This document shows, piece after piece, positions 41,356 through 55,421 of a DNA stretch of 64,000 nt. Origin of the DNA: Octopus vulgaris (Eukaryota); assembly GCA_951406725.2 (NCBI GenBank), contig OX597832.1, forward strand, positions 28,892,001 through 28,956,000. Reading direction: 5' to 3'. The position numbers and the translations under genes were made by a program. The notes beneath the pieces were generated by a model. The model was not told where the DNA came from. It did not search any database and worked only from the letters and a program-made list of their open reading frames with translations. Each line of letters opens with the position of its first letter. The first letter of the stretch is position 1.

Positions 41356-41447
41356 TACATACACATATGTACATATATGTATGTATGTATGTACGTATAT
41401 ATATATGTATATATGTATATGTATATATATATATATGTGTGTGTGTG

Positions 41448-41484
<37 letters not shown>

Positions 41485-41828
41485 GTGTATGTATATAAGT
41501 TCGTGCAAATATACTCACAGAAGCACAACACGGATGCACACACACACACACACATATATATTGCATTCATGGTTACATATATACGGAAATGCATAGATAT
41601 ATATACACACACAAAACAAAACATACATTTGTACAAACGCGCACTTACATGCATAGATGCTTTCCTGCATACCTACATGCATACATACATAGCTTCACAG
41701 ATACATACACACATACATAAATGCATGCATATATGAACTTAGTAAAGGTAAATACGCAAATTTTTATATGCACGCAATATTCTGTTTAATACACATACAT
41801 AGATTGACACATGCGTGTATGCACAATG

Positions 41829-41875
<47 letters not shown>

Positions 41876-42248
41876 GTACACACACACACATACAGAGGCA
41901 CACATAGTACATGTACGCAGAATGCACTTCGCATGCAAGAACGCCTGTGTGTGGATGTGTGGATGTGCGTGCGCAGGCGCATATCAATGTTTATCAATAC
42001 ATATAGATATATTTGTACATTATACGCATACGTGCATATGGGTGCGCATACCTGAATGTGTAAGCATAAACATATATATATGCATAAGCATATATATATA
42101 TTATATAGAAGTATAAACATAAATATAAATATATGTATGCATGTATGTACGTATATATATATATATATATACACAGACATATATATATATACATACATAT
42201 ATATATATATGCACATATATCTATATATAATATATATGTTATAAATAT

Positions 42249-42295
<47 letters not shown>

Positions 42296-42371
42296 CACAT
42301 ACATATAATACATGTGTATACATACACATATATATCTATACAAATATATATATACATATAATATGCATATG

Positions 42372-42408
<37 letters not shown>

Positions 42409-42546
42409 TGTATACATATAAGTATGTATATATACACACACACATATATATATATATCTGTTATAAAAATTTTGTATTTCATAAATTATATATATATATG
42501 TGTGTGTGTGTGTATACGCATATGTGTGTGTGTGTGTGTGTGTGCA

Positions 42547-42588
<42 letters not shown>

Positions 42589-43033
42589 CATACATATCTA
42601 ATATAATTATCTGTTTTTTTAGGGGAAATGCTCTCAAACTCACGTAATCCCGAGATTATGCTGTAACATTCAACTGATTAAAGTTGAGAATATTTTCCCA
42701 GAATTCAACATGATCTCTACTCCCCTTCCTTTCTCTCTCCCCCCTCTCTCTCTTTCTACTGCACTTTCTCCTCTTTCTCCCCCTCTTCCTCAATATTAAA
42801 TATTTTCATTCAGTTTTATTTTCTAGAATTCAAAGAAACCAGAAAAACAAAACCACGATGTTCTGATGTCAAATTAAGGACCGAACTGGACCAAATCGCA
42901 AATCCGAAACTTAATCCGATAATCCGCTTTAGGTTTTTTTTCCAATCAAGACTTGCAATGTCACCTATCATTTATATCAACATAATTGTTATTATATGTT
43001 CGGATGTGCACACACACACACACACACACGCAG

Positions 43034-43070
<37 letters not shown>

Positions 43071-43387
43071 GATACACACACACACACACCTACACACCCA
43101 ACCACACACACACACACACACAATCACACATACAACGCACATGCAAATATACGTATATCCGAAGTTCTCACATTCTCACATGTACGTGTGTGTATGCATG
43201 CTTGTATACATGTATACGTATACACAATGTGCATGTGTGTATATATGTGCGTTTGTGCATAAATCCATATGTAAATATATATATATATGCGTATATATAT
43301 ATTCTATACATTGTATAGAAGTATACAGCATAATGTATATATACATACATATGTATATGCATATATATGTATATATATATACGTATA

Positions 43388-43431
<44 letters not shown>

Positions 43432-43570
43432 TATATATATATATACGTATATATATATATATGTATATATATGTATACTTACATATATATATATGCATAT
43501 ATATGCATATATATACGTATATATATGTATATATATATATATGCATATATATGCATATATATTATATATA

Positions 43571-43657
<87 letters not shown>

Positions 43658-43660
43658 TTT
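41064..43660. repeat. Dense (GT)n/(CA)n/(TA)n microsatellite field with short unique gaps
   Basis: Directly visible; explains all ORFs in the interval. Confidence 0.9.
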
Positions 43661-43889
43661 CTGCATGCACGTTGTATCATTGTGAAATAATAACGTGGAA
43701 TAATAATGTGTTGAGGGAGAGGATGAGTACAGAGTGAGTACAAAGAGTACGGGTGCGGAATAAGTACAAACAGAGAGAGAGAGAGGAGGAGAGATGAGTG
43801 TAAAATGAGTCAGGAGAATAAAGAAGTTTTGAATGAACAGAGAGAGAGAGAGTGGTATACGGCGGCTCAACGTAAGCAAATTACGCAGT

Positions 43890-44273
43890 GGGGCGGGTGG
43901 TGGCGCTAAACCGTGATAAGTGAAGCAGCAATGTCATTTTGGGTCCGAATATGTTTGGTGCACATTCGGTGCCATTCCTCGTACGGTGATTAGAAAAGCA
44001 TAAGAGAGGCGATCCCTTAATGCAGCCGTCTGTTTAGTGTCTGTGACCGATGAGGAGACAACCACTCCGAAATCTTAACATCTCACAGTCTAGGTAGGTG
44101 GCGCTGCGAGCTGATCTAAGTGTATACGCACCATTTGTCAACAAGCGAGATATATTCCCTGTGACGAAACGCAGTGAGTAGCTTGTTCCCCCAGTTCGAA
44201 CATGCATCGAGCATATTCGGATGGATAATGGCATTGCAGTCTCACTTATCACGGTTTATCGCTCCCCCTCCGT
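43890..44273 (+). mobile_element. Retrozyme-like element: ~380-nt foldback with a central type I hammerhead
   Basis: Terminal arms pair: TAAACCGTGATAAGTGA 43907-43923 with TCACTTATCACGGTTTA 44242-44258, and TCCGAATATG 43944-43953 with CATATTCGGA 44212-44221. HHR at 44041-44088. Homologues at 55232-55820. Confidence 0.7.
44026..44101 (+). ncRNA. Extended type I hammerhead ribozyme
   Basis: CTGTGA-CCGATGA-GGAG acaacca CTCC-GAAA-tcttaac-ATC-TCACAG; predicted cleavage after C44082. Stem I continues past a TGT/T internal loop into 12 bp (44026-44037 with 44090-44101) containing 5 G-U pairs. Confidence 0.8.
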
Positions 44274-44336
44274 CAATATTTTATAGCTTCGTAAACCCAT
44301 AGCAACACAATATGGAATATATATGAACGAAATATG

Positions 44337-44384
<48 letters not shown>

Positions 44385-44404
44385 TAACAGACAGACAGAC
44401 AGAC

Positions 44405-44463
<59 letters not shown>

Positions 44464-44467
44464 GATG

Positions 44468-44507
<40 letters not shown>

Positions 44508-44560
44508 CATACATACATACATACATACATACATACATACATACATACATACATACATAC
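44337..44560. repeat. (GATA)n/(CATA)n
   Basis: Directly visible. Confidence 0.95.
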
Positions 44561-44713
44561 GACGGGCTTCTTTCAGTTTCCGTTTACTAAATCCTCTCAC
44601 ATGGCTTTGGTCGGCCCGAGGGTATAGTAAAAGACACTTGTCCAAGGTACCACGCTGTGAGACTGAACCCAGAACCATGTGGTTGGGAAGCAAGCTTCTT
44701 ACCACACGGCCTA
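44558..44713 (-). mobile_element. SINE group A, 5' half
   Basis: tacgacgggcttctttcagtttccg...gaaccatgtggttgggaagcaagcttcttaccacac.gcc. Confidence 0.87.
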
Positions 44714-45012
44714 TACAGACGAGATCTAAAAACCCATTAATTATAAGAAAAACTGGAGAAATCCTGAGCATTCACTGTCATGGCGGAAAACGTGTTGAAA
44801 ATAAAGTGAAAATTGTGACAAGGTTAGAGAAGCGAAGAGAATGTAAATTGTATTTTTAAAAGGTAAGGAAAGAAATGAAAGGATTAAATATAATCAGGGG
44901 TTTTATGAAGCAAGAAAAATGCTAAACCGATTTGGGAGATGGTGGTTGAAATTGATAAGGCGAAGATTTATGGAAATCTTTTTGTACTTGGGAAAGTGAA
45001 TACATTTATATA

Positions 45013-45523
45013 TATATTTCTTTATTGCCCTCAAAGGGCTAAACATTGAGGGGACAAACAAGGACAGACAAAGGCATTAAGTCGATTACATAGACCCCAG
45101 TGCGTAACTCGTACTTTATTTATCGACCCCGAAAGTATGAAAGGCAAAGTCAACCTCGGCGGAATTTGAACTCAGAACGTAACGACAGACGAAATACCTA
45201 TTCCTTTACTACCCACAAGGGGCTAAACATTTAGGGGACAAACAAGGACAGACAAAGGGATTAAGTCGATTACATAGGCCCCAGTGCGTAACTGGTACTT
45301 TATTTATCGACTCCGAAAGGATGAAAGGCAAAGTCGACTTCGGTGGAATTTGAACTCAGAACGTAAAGACAGACGAAATACCTATTCCTTTACTACCCAC
45401 AAGGGGCTAAACACAGAAGGGACAAACAAGGACAGACACACGGATTAAGTTGATTACATAGACCTCAGTGCGAAACTGGTACTTTATTTATCGACTCCGA
45501 AAGGATGAAAGGCAAAGCACGCC
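45013..45523 (-). mobile_element. SINE group B, tandem trimer, bracketed by a 23-bp duplication
   Basis: Three ~180-bp units start at ~45015, ~45200 and ~45382. Flanks GGGAAAGTGA(A/G)TACATTTATATA at 44990-45012 and 45524-45546. Confidence 0.9.
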
Positions 45524-45557
45524 GGGAAAGTGAGTACATTTATATAATGACGGGGCA

Positions 45558-45727
45558 GTGAAGGCGCGTGGCGTGGTGGCCTGGGGTATTCGGCTCATGA
45601 TCGTAATGTCGTGAGTTCGATTCCCGGCGACGCGTTCTGTCCTTCAGCAAGACACTTTATTTCACGTTGCTCAAGTCCTCTCAGCTGGCAAAAATGAGTA
45701 CGTATGTGTGCGTGTGTTTGTGTGTGT

Positions 45728-45784
<57 letters not shown>

Positions 45785-46082
45785 GGTGCGTGGCTTAGTG
45801 GTCCTGGGTATTCGGTTCACTATCGTAAGGTCGTGAGTTCGAAAACCGACGTCGCGTTCAGTCCTTGAGCAAGACACTTTATTTCACGTTGCTCCAGTTC
45901 GCTCAGCTGGCAAAGATGAGCTGTACCTTGTTACATTCTGTGTCACGCTGAATTTCCCTGAGAACTACATTAAGGGTACGTGTGTCTATGGAGTACTCAG
46001 CCACTTGCACGTTAATTTCACGAGTAGCTTGTTCCGTTGATTGGGTCAACTGGAACTCCCATCGTCGCAACCGACGGAGTAT
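45558..46082 (+). mobile_element. Two SINE group C copies (5' fragment 45558-45700; near-full copy 45780-46082) separated by (GT)n
   Basis: Two heads gtgaagg.gcgtggc.t.gtgg..ctggg..attcgg; tail tcgtcgcaaccgacggagt. Confidence 0.88.
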
Positions 46083-46159
46083 CATTTTTTTCTATATTAC
46101 ATTTTTTTTATGAAGGGGAAAACGGAATATTAGATGCCGAAGAGTGATTTCAGGTGATG

Positions 46160-46360
46160 GGGGCGAGTAGTTCAATTTCTGAAGCTGCAGAAGGCCACTA
46201 GATGGCTTTGGAAAAAGAGGACGATCCAACGCCTCTGCTGCTACTTGGATGCAATCTGGGACTTGGGTAACCCCGACTGAGTGAACTGAGTGAAGTAGGT
46301 CGGATAAACAAAGACCCGAAACCGCATGATAACCCGGAAACACCACTGACGATTCATCCT
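46160..46360 (+). mobile_element. Possible 3' end of a Hero-like RLE non-LTR retrotransposon
   Basis: SISEAA(fs)KATRWLWKKR matches the EAAE.A.RWLW.KR C-terminus I recall for Hero-type elements. It is followed by aaagacccgaaac...atga...ccggaaacaccactgacgat, similar to their 3' UTR. Family assignment is from memory. Confidence 0.55.
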
Positions 46361-47369
46361 CCGTCATATGAAATCTCTCTTTGACTCTCCGCCGACTGTA
46401 ACACGTCTACACAATCTGTTGCGCGTTGTAAACCCGTGCTTTGTCTCGCTACCGTCTGCACCAATCAATCGAAACGTAAAACAATGTTAAAAGGAAAAAC
46501 AGATTTCTGTACGACAATGAAAAACAAGAGAAACTCTTTAGTGAAGAAGTACAAAATATTGTGAGGTGAAACAGGTGGAAACTGTCACATGACTGACATT
46601 TTGTACAGGTTTTTGTTGTTTAGGTTTGAAATAGTTTCTGATTTATAAGAATATCGAATATTGTTCGACTGTTGTTCATATTGTTATTGATGTCGGAGTT
46701 CTTGTTATTGTTGTTGTTGATGATGGTGATGATGATGATGAGGTAGTGGTAGTGACGACAACGACGAAGACGATGATCATGATGGTGGTGGTGGTGGTGG
46801 TAGAGGGGGGTTTAGTGTTTGTGCTGGTTTTCATCGATTATTTTTGTTGTTTGTTGCTGTTGTAGTACAGTATTGTTATATATATTTTTTAATGTTGTTC
46901 TTCCTGTTGTAGTTATGTTTCATAGTTTGTATGCTTGTTGTTCTTGCGATTATAGTTATTGCTTGTTGTTGTTGTTGTAGTTGTTGTTAACGGCGGCGGT
47001 GGTGGTGCTGGTGCTGGTGCTGGTGATGTCTTATTTAATGCTGCTGCAGTTTTGTAGATGAATGTTCAGTTATGTTTGTTGTTGTTGTTGTTGTCGATCG
47101 GATTTTGTTTTGTTTTTGCTTTTGTTTTTGTTTTTTGCTTTTGTTTAGTTATATTTGTGAAATGTGTATTTTGTTAATGCTTACTGCTAGCATTGTTGTT
47201 GTTGTTGTTGTTGCTGTTGCTGTTGTTGTTGACGATGATGATGATGATGATGATGATGATGTTGTTGTTTTCCATATTGTTTTTGTTTTTTTAGTCGCAT
47301 TACTTGTGTTATATCTCGTGCACTTGTCTGTTTATGTATGTGTTGCCCATATATGTGTGTTTGTGTGTG

Positions 47370-47400
<31 letters not shown>

Positions 47401-47874
47401 ACGTGTGTATGTGTGTGCATGCATGTGTGTAGGCGTGTGTGTATGTTTGTGCATATCTGTATATGTATATGTGTATATGTATATGTGTGTGTATGTCTAT
47501 GCATGTATGTGTATGCGAGCGTAGGCGTGTATGCGCCTATGCGTGTGTATACGTGTATACGTGTATATATGTGTATGTATATTTTTTATTTTATTTTATC
47601 TAGTTTCAGCTCACGAGCTGTGGCCATGCTGGGGCATCGCCATTTATATGTGTATACATGTATATGTATATCTGTGTAGTTGTATGGAAATGTGTATATG
47701 TATGTGTATGTATGACCATGCATGTATGTGTGTTTGCGTGTGTAGACGTATATGCGTGTGTATATGTGTATATATATGTGTGTGTGTGTGTATTTGTGTA
47801 TTAGCATATGTGCGTGTATGTGTATTCATGTATGTGTTTCCGTGTGTAGGTGTGTGTGTGTGTGTGTGTATGTG

Positions 47875-47923
<49 letters not shown>

Positions 47924-48284
47924 GTGTGTGTAAGTGTAATGCGTATTTTGTGAATGGCGCATTATGGAAATAATGGGGTTGTGAGTAATGTTAATTATGA
48001 TAGAGGTGATGAGATGAAAGAATATGATGGTAATGACGATGATGACGACGATGATGGTGGTGGTGGTTAGGAGGAGGAGGGGGAAGAGAAAGGAGATGAT
48101 AACGATCGTGGAGTATTAGTGTTGATGGTGGCGTAGGCCATGGTGGTGGCGCCAGTGACGACGTCGTCGGTGGAGATGACACATCCCAGATGCCACGGTT
48201 CATCCCTTACAAGAAAGAGGGTTTTCTTTTCCCCCGATTGCGATAAATAACAACAAATACAACAGCAACGATAACAATAATAAA

Positions 48285-48678
48285 TTATCTTTTCTACTCT
48301 AGGCACAAGGCACGAAATTTTGGGGGGTGGGGAGACCAGTTGATTAGATCGACCCCAGTACGTAACTGGTACTTAATTTATCGACCCCGAAATGATGAAA
48401 GGCAAAATCGACCTCGGCGGAATTTGAACTCAGAACATAAAGACAGACTAAATACTTATTTCTTTACTACCCACATGGGGCTACACACTGAGGAGACAAA
48501 CAAGGACAGACAAACGGATTAAGTCGAGTATATCGACCCCAGTGCGTAAGTGGTACTTATTTACTCGACCCCGAAAGGATAAAAAGCAAAGTCGACCTTG
48601 GCGGAATTTGAACTCAGAACGTAAAGACGGACGAAATACCGCTAAGCATTTCGCCCGGCGTGCTAACGTTTCTGCCAG
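48285..48678 (-). mobile_element. SINE group B dimer
   Basis: Same two-unit layout as 6991-7378. Confidence 0.88.
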
Positions 48679-48699
48679 AACATAAATAATAGTAACTGG

Positions 48700-48880
48700 G
48701 TCTCCGTCGGTTACGATGATGAGTGTTCTCACTAATCCGATCAATGGAACAGCTTGCTCGTAAAATTAACGTGCAAGTGGCTGAGCACTCCGCAGACACA
48801 CATACCCTTAATGTAGTTCTCAGAGATTCAGCGTGACACAGTGTGTAACAAGGCTGGCACTTTGAAATACGGATACAACT
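48700..48880 (-). mobile_element. SINE group C, 3' half
   Basis: ctccgtcggttacga...ccgatcaatggaacagcttgctcgt.aaattaacgtgcaagtggctgagcactcc. Confidence 0.85.
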
Positions 48881-49008
48881 CCCTCTTTGTCTCCCCTCTC
48901 CCTCCAGTTGTTTCTGTTTTTCTATTTACTCAACATAGATATACATTCATACATTCATATATACTATATACATACATAGATATAAATGTGTGTGTTTATG
49001 TGTGTGTT

Positions 49009-49067
<59 letters not shown>

Positions 49068-49374
49068 GCTTAGTTATTTATGCCACAATAGCGGCAATAT
49101 GAATTTCTTCCATCCTCTTGCTCTGTTAAAATATTTTAGAAAAATTATATTAATGTATCTTGTCTGTTGAAGTTCCATATTTGTGCAGCTGAAGATAGCG
49201 CTGCATTTAAAATTGATGTAATTATTACATTGTTCAATTAGATGAGCCGCTTGAGACAGTTGTACTGCATCACTACTTGAAATCCTGTTACTCATTTTGA
49301 TTTTATTCACCTTGCTTCGAGCTGTGCAGATAATACCGGACTGATTTGGTTATTTTATTTTAATGCCTGTCCAT

Positions 49375-49419
49375 TGTCCGGAAATCTTTCATCATACATC
49401 TGTGACCTCTTCAGCGACA
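49375..49419 (-). ncRNA. Type I hammerhead-like motif (same family as 17586-17630)
   Basis: Minus strand: TGTCG-CTGAAGA-G-GTCAC agatgt ATGAT-GAAA-GATT-TC-CGGACA. Canonical core; the stem II 3' strand has two transitions relative to GTGAC. Confidence 0.6.
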
Positions 49420-50094
49420 CTTTTCGTTTTCACGTGTGTTCTTGCTCCACTCACTCCTTCCTGTTCTTTAAACATTAAAATAATAAATTAACAGTAATAA
49501 ACGAGTGAAGAAAAGAAATTTTGCGTGTATGTTTATTTGGCAAAATGAATAAATAAATAGTACATAAAATGACCATCGCGAAGAACAACACTTGATTTCA
49601 CATGAGGAATCTTGCAAAACGATTTGATAAACGTAAAAAAAGACTGTTAGGCGAAAAAGAGGGGCAGATTCAACTTCCAGTATCGAACCATGTACCTGCC
49701 AAAATCGATTAGCTGTGACAACCAATCTACCAGGGCTATCTCTGTGATCACAAAGCTTCACAAATAGAAACAGAAGCAAACCAACTTCCTTTCTAGCTTG
49801 TAAGATTAAAGCCTCAAAATTTTACGGTTAAATTTGGTAGGTTTTTCTGGTGTATATCCCACAATGTAAACGCTATACAAAGCAAACGATATACATCGAT
49901 TCTTTTTTTAAAAAATCAATTTAAAAGGTGAAATAAGGAACAACACCTAAAGAGCTTTTCCATGGCGAAACAAAGCAGTTGTTATGTAAGGACAGAATAC
50001 TGAGCTTTTATATTATAGCAAATGAATAAAATGTTGGCAGATTACAACTCGGTTGTTTGAGTGAAAGACTGATAATTAAAGACGCTGACATAAA

Positions 50095-50294
50095 TAATGT
50101 ATACACATATGTATAAACACAGGCGTATGCGTACGTGGAAGCATAAATAGATATCTGCATACACACACATACATGCATACATACATATATATACACATAT
50201 ACATATATATACACATACATGCATATATATATATATAAACACATGCATACATATATACTTATACACTCATGCATACTTATATACATATACACAC

Positions 50295-50345
<51 letters not shown>

Positions 50346-50646
50346 CATATACACATACATACTTATATGCATATATATATACACCCATACATAATATATA
50401 CACACATACATACAAACATACATATATATATATACACACATACATACAAACATTCATATATACATATACACACATATACATATACACATACATATATACA
50501 TATACACACATACACATACATATATAAATACATATATGTATATATATACACACATATACATAGATATATGTATATATATATATACAAACACATACATACA
50601 TATATTCATAAATACACAACCCTACATACATGCATACATATATATG

Positions 50647-50690
<44 letters not shown>

Positions 50691-51320
50691 TATACACATG
50701 TATACACATCTGTATGTATACAGACATTGCTGAATATAAATGAAGCAAACACATTGAGATGTAAACTTGACAAACTACATTATAATAGTCGAGGGAACAT
50801 GTGTATATATGCTATATACACTCTTATACCGCATTACATGCCTCTAGTATTTTATATATACATATATCTTTATATATACATGTATCTTTAACAAACATAT
50901 ATACAGTGATACAGATTCATAAACACACATGTATATACACTTACAGATATGTGTAAATGTTTGTGTCTGTTAGTGCAATATACGTGTATACATACATACA
51001 TACATACATACATACATACATACATACGCATGTGTTTATATGTATATAGGTGTATTTTTTATACACAAACACATGCGCGTGTATATATACACTCACATAT
51101 ATGTGTATAGTAATGAAATACATGTAGATGTTTCGCAGCACCCGTTTTGTTTATTATATGTATGTGTCGGTATATATAGATACATACACAAATATATATA
51201 CACACATATATATATGCACACACACATACACACACAAACACGCACATACACACACACACACACACACACTTACACAAGCACACACTGAGCTACACATGCA
51301 GACACACAACCATACGCACT
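50095..51320. repeat. (TA)n/(CA)n/(TACA)n field
   Basis: Directly visible. Confidence 0.9.
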
Positions 51321-53439
51321 CTCCTCTCCCACACATTTTTCGTAAATTCTCTTCCCAATCTTTTGCCCACTTCTACAATATCAAGCTGTTTCCAATTTTA
51401 GCTTTTTTTTTCATGATAATAAATGTAGGTCTGAGCGATCCAAGAAAGCAACGCTACTTCTGGTTACAAATTCCTCTGGCTGACCTCGTACGTGCAAGAA
51501 TCTCGCTCTTTCTTGGTTCCACATTATATTCATCAAACACAAGCCCCATACTAAACGCTACACCGCTTGGTTTTTATCTAAATTTACTACAAATTGCTAT
51601 CTGCTGGGCTAAGTCAGAATAAAGTGCAATATCTCCAGGGATAAAAACTCTAAACAGACAAACATAAATCTTCGAGTGATCAATTTTTAATTCTTCAGTT
51701 ACCGATTCTGACCTAAAACATCGTTAAGTTACCTTCAAGAAGATTTCTCGTGCAACTGACAGCTTTAGTTCTTCTCTGAGATTTATAAACCTCGTGACAG
51801 AATCTTTATGGCGGTTTTATCCGTTGGGAACCATAAATAAGTCTTAAAGTCACCGAAATCTATGTTTAAATTCTTCACAGTGTTTCAGTGGGCCTGAGAA
51901 TTCTTCGGTTTGTGGACGTTATCGACCAGCCCCTCCACCATGACAGCTTAAATAGGTGTTCAATACAACACCTGTGTTGTATGTCTAAATACTTTGCTTT
52001 TTTAAACATCTGACGGAAGAAAATACCAAGAAAACGAAGAGAAACTAACAGTTAATTCGGTATTGCTTAAGAATTTCTTTTCTTATCTAATTGTATCAAA
52101 CGTTATCTGCTGCCGTCACAGAGCTGAGTGGCAACAGCAGTGGACTTAATGACTGATAGATCAGTTAAATTCACTTCGGTGCCGTAAATATACTTTGCAA
52201 GACAGAATGCGGGAAGAGTTATCAGATTATCAAAGACTGTTTTGTGAAATTGGCTGACATTATATCTACCAGAATAATTAATCTGTCATCTGTTCATGGC
52301 ACGTTACCCAAGAACCCTAATCTACAAAATACACTCAAGTCTAAGACATAATCACGTTTTCTATTTTCTTATCTGACATTTCTACTAATTCTAAGTTCGA
52401 TTCCAGTGACTTACTAAGAGCTGAAGGTAACGGAAATCTTGTCTATGGTTCCTTTTATGATAAAAAAAAAACTCAAAATAACATCTCGACATTTTACTGG
52501 GAAAATTTAGAGACAATTAACCATATATATGTAGCATACATAATCTCAACCCTACCGCAATTGCATGTCCCGGATTTCTATTCAACTCGGCGGCTATTCG
52601 CAACATCAGTAAATGTGTTGTTTACTTTTTCCTATATTAGAGGTAATGACTTCTCGTCCAACCATGTGATTGACTGTGGCTACGCGCCATTGAAAAAGTC
52701 CAAACTGACCGAAATCTTTATGGGGTTCTTGCTTGTCTCTGCAGAGATGAATTCCATTCCTGCTCTGTCAGTCAGTCTGTCAGTCTATCTGTCTGCCGCT
52801 GCCTCTGTCTCTCTCTCTCTGTCTCTTTCTCTCTCTGACATTTATTATGTTTTTGACACGACGCGTCCATAACGGATGTTATCTCAAGGCAAATACTGCA
52901 GTAAACTGGCCTATCGACTGCGAGTGCATATTAAGTATGATTCTATTTGAACTTGATACAACATTAAATGTGAACACTGGATTTTTAAAAACAAATATAG
53001 TCTCCTTCAACGGCACCATACACACACACACACATACACACGTATGTATGCACACGCGCACACACATATACACACACACATACACACACACGCACGCGCA
53101 CACACGTACGCACACACGCACGCACACACACACGCACACACACAAGCAGACACACGCACATATACACACAAGCACACACGCACGAATACATGCGCGCACA
53201 CACACGTGCACGTACTTACACACACACACAACAATATGACACTAACCACTCCTTACCCATTGACGACACAGCCAACTTTCTCCAACTCGTTACGTGTACC
53301 AGGTTTCACAATTTCTGATGATCAGACATAGCGACTCCACAGTCTGTAACATAACATTGCTAACACTCTATCCTAAACCTTCACAATTATAAAAAAATCT
53401 TCATCCTTGACCCTCCGATCCACTACCACCACGAACACC

Positions 53440-53850
53440 AACACTATTCACGTGACCCGCTATTAAGTGACCATTAGCCAACAATAACCACGAGAGTTCA
53501 GAACTGACTCTCTTCTGATATTTGATTGACTCCCCACTCACATACATCGATGACTCACCACTGAGTGAATTTTGATTCACCTCTGATCCCCCATTAATTC
53601 GACACTGAGACCAACGTTTACCGTTATCTCCTCTATAATTTCGCCGCCGGCTCATTGCTGACTGACCTCTGATTCCCCAGAGTCTCCTCAGAAACTCACA
53701 TCTGATTCACCTCTGTGACTCACCAAAGACTCACCTCTGAATCACCACAGAAACTCACCAATGTCTCACCTCTGGTCGTCTAGTAAGTCGCCCCACAGAC
53801 TCACCAATGACTCATGACTCACATCTGATCTGCCATCAATTTGCCATTGA
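53440..53850. repeat. Degenerate ~11-12-bp repeat built on GACTCACC / GATTCACCTCT
   Basis: tgactcaccact, gattcacctct, gactcaccaaa, gactcacctct and aactcaccaat recur more than 10 times. Confidence 0.7.
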
Positions 53851-54328
53851 TGGAATGATGAATGGTCACAAATACAGAACGATGAGTCAAGTTTTGGCCA
53901 CGGAGTCACTTTTAGCGGATTAAGCCTTGATAGGAAGGCGGCAAGAGGAAGTCGTTAATCCAGGAAAATATCATGGCAATGGTTTAGTTATTGGTTGAGA
54001 CCGTTGGTTAGCGAGGAGGCATAGTGCGAGATAGATGGATAGAGAGAGAGAGAGAAAGAAAGAGAGAGAAACAAAGAGGGGTGGACAAAGTATAGAAGTG
54101 ATGTGGAGAGAAAGATAAGGAAAAGGAAAAAAAAGAGATGGCTGATTGAGGAGAGAGAAATATCTCCAGAAAGAGAGGGAAACGCATTGACACAAACGTA
54201 CACACACTCTCACACACACATACATACACATATATATAGATAGATATATGTGCATATATTTTCGTATACATATATATATATATATATACATATATACATA
54301 CATGTAAATATATCATGTATGTGTATAA

Positions 54329-54359
<31 letters not shown>

Positions 54360-54488
54360 CATACACACACATATATGTATATATAACGCAATGCATTCCA
54401 AGTGATGGGGTAGAATGTGATGTAAGTGAGAATTCATACTAAATATCGTAAACAGACAGTGTGGCTGGGATGTGTATACAGACACACG

Positions 54489-54519
<31 letters not shown>

Positions 54520-54808
54520 GCGTATGTATATACTGTAGATGTGTATGTACGAAGACACGCATGCTCACACATAAAACTCATAGACACACATTTACACAAA
54601 CGGTAGACACAGAGGATGGAATTAAACCGTTCCTAATAAAAACGCTATTAACAAGAATGGTAGCCATGAGAAGCTATGGAATGGTAAGACAACAACAACA
54701 ACAACAACAACATAAAACAACCATGTCTTCGAGACCTCATTAGTTCATCAGACGATCATTTGTCATAATCATCCCCCATTCCTCCTCTTCTGCATCCCTC
54801 CGGCAACA

Positions 54809-54842
<34 letters not shown>

Positions 54843-54977
54843 TATACAAATATATTTATACATATACATATAGACACATACATATAGACACATACATATA
54901 GACACATACATATATACATACATATATATGTGTGTGTATGTGTGTGTGTGTGTGTGTGTGCATATGTATGTATATAT

Positions 54978-55180
54978 TTCATCTTTTACTTGTTTCAGTC
55001 ATTAGACTGCGGCGAAGCTGGAGCGCCACCTGGAAGGAATTTAGTCGAACGAATCGACCTCAGTACTTAGTTTTTAAGTCTGGTACTTATTCTGTCAATC
55101 TCTTTTGTAGAACCGCTAAGTTACGAGGACGTAAACACACCAACTGCGGTTGTTAAACGGTGGAGGGTAACAGACACAGT
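54978..55180 (-). mobile_element. SINE group A, 3' half
   Basis: cttttacttgtttcagtcattagactgcgg...gaaccgctaagttacg.ggacgtaaacacacca. Confidence 0.85.
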
Positions 55181-55373
55181 CACGTAGCACCACACATACA
55201 GCGCTAGAGCAGTGATGAGTTTAAAAACAAATGTCGCCAGTTCAAGTATGCTTTAAGTATATTCGAACCCGTGAGGAAGTGATTCACTGAATTTTGTGAT
55301 GGAGATAATTTCTTGCTCTGTAGAGAGACAGTTGTAAACAGACTGAGTCATTTCGCAGCTTTCCCAAACAAAA

Positions 55374-55421
55374 GTTGTGGGCGCATGCATTTCGGAGTAG
55401 TTATCTCCTCCTCAGCACCAG
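55374..55421 (-). ncRNA. Type I hammerhead motif (GGAG/CTCC family), decayed
   Basis: Minus strand: CTGGTG-CTGAGGA-GGAG ataacta CTCC-GAAA-TGCATGCG-CC-CACAAC. Canonical core; U16.1 is C. Confidence 0.7.

Noticed and set aside
46345-46385. CTGACGA...ATGAAATC possible hammerhead
   Set aside because: Stem II would consume the GAAA, and there is no stem I.
52061-52075. TATTGCTTAAGAAT, resembling the 5' part of miR-137
   Set aside because: The match ends after ~14 nt and there is no complementary 5' arm.
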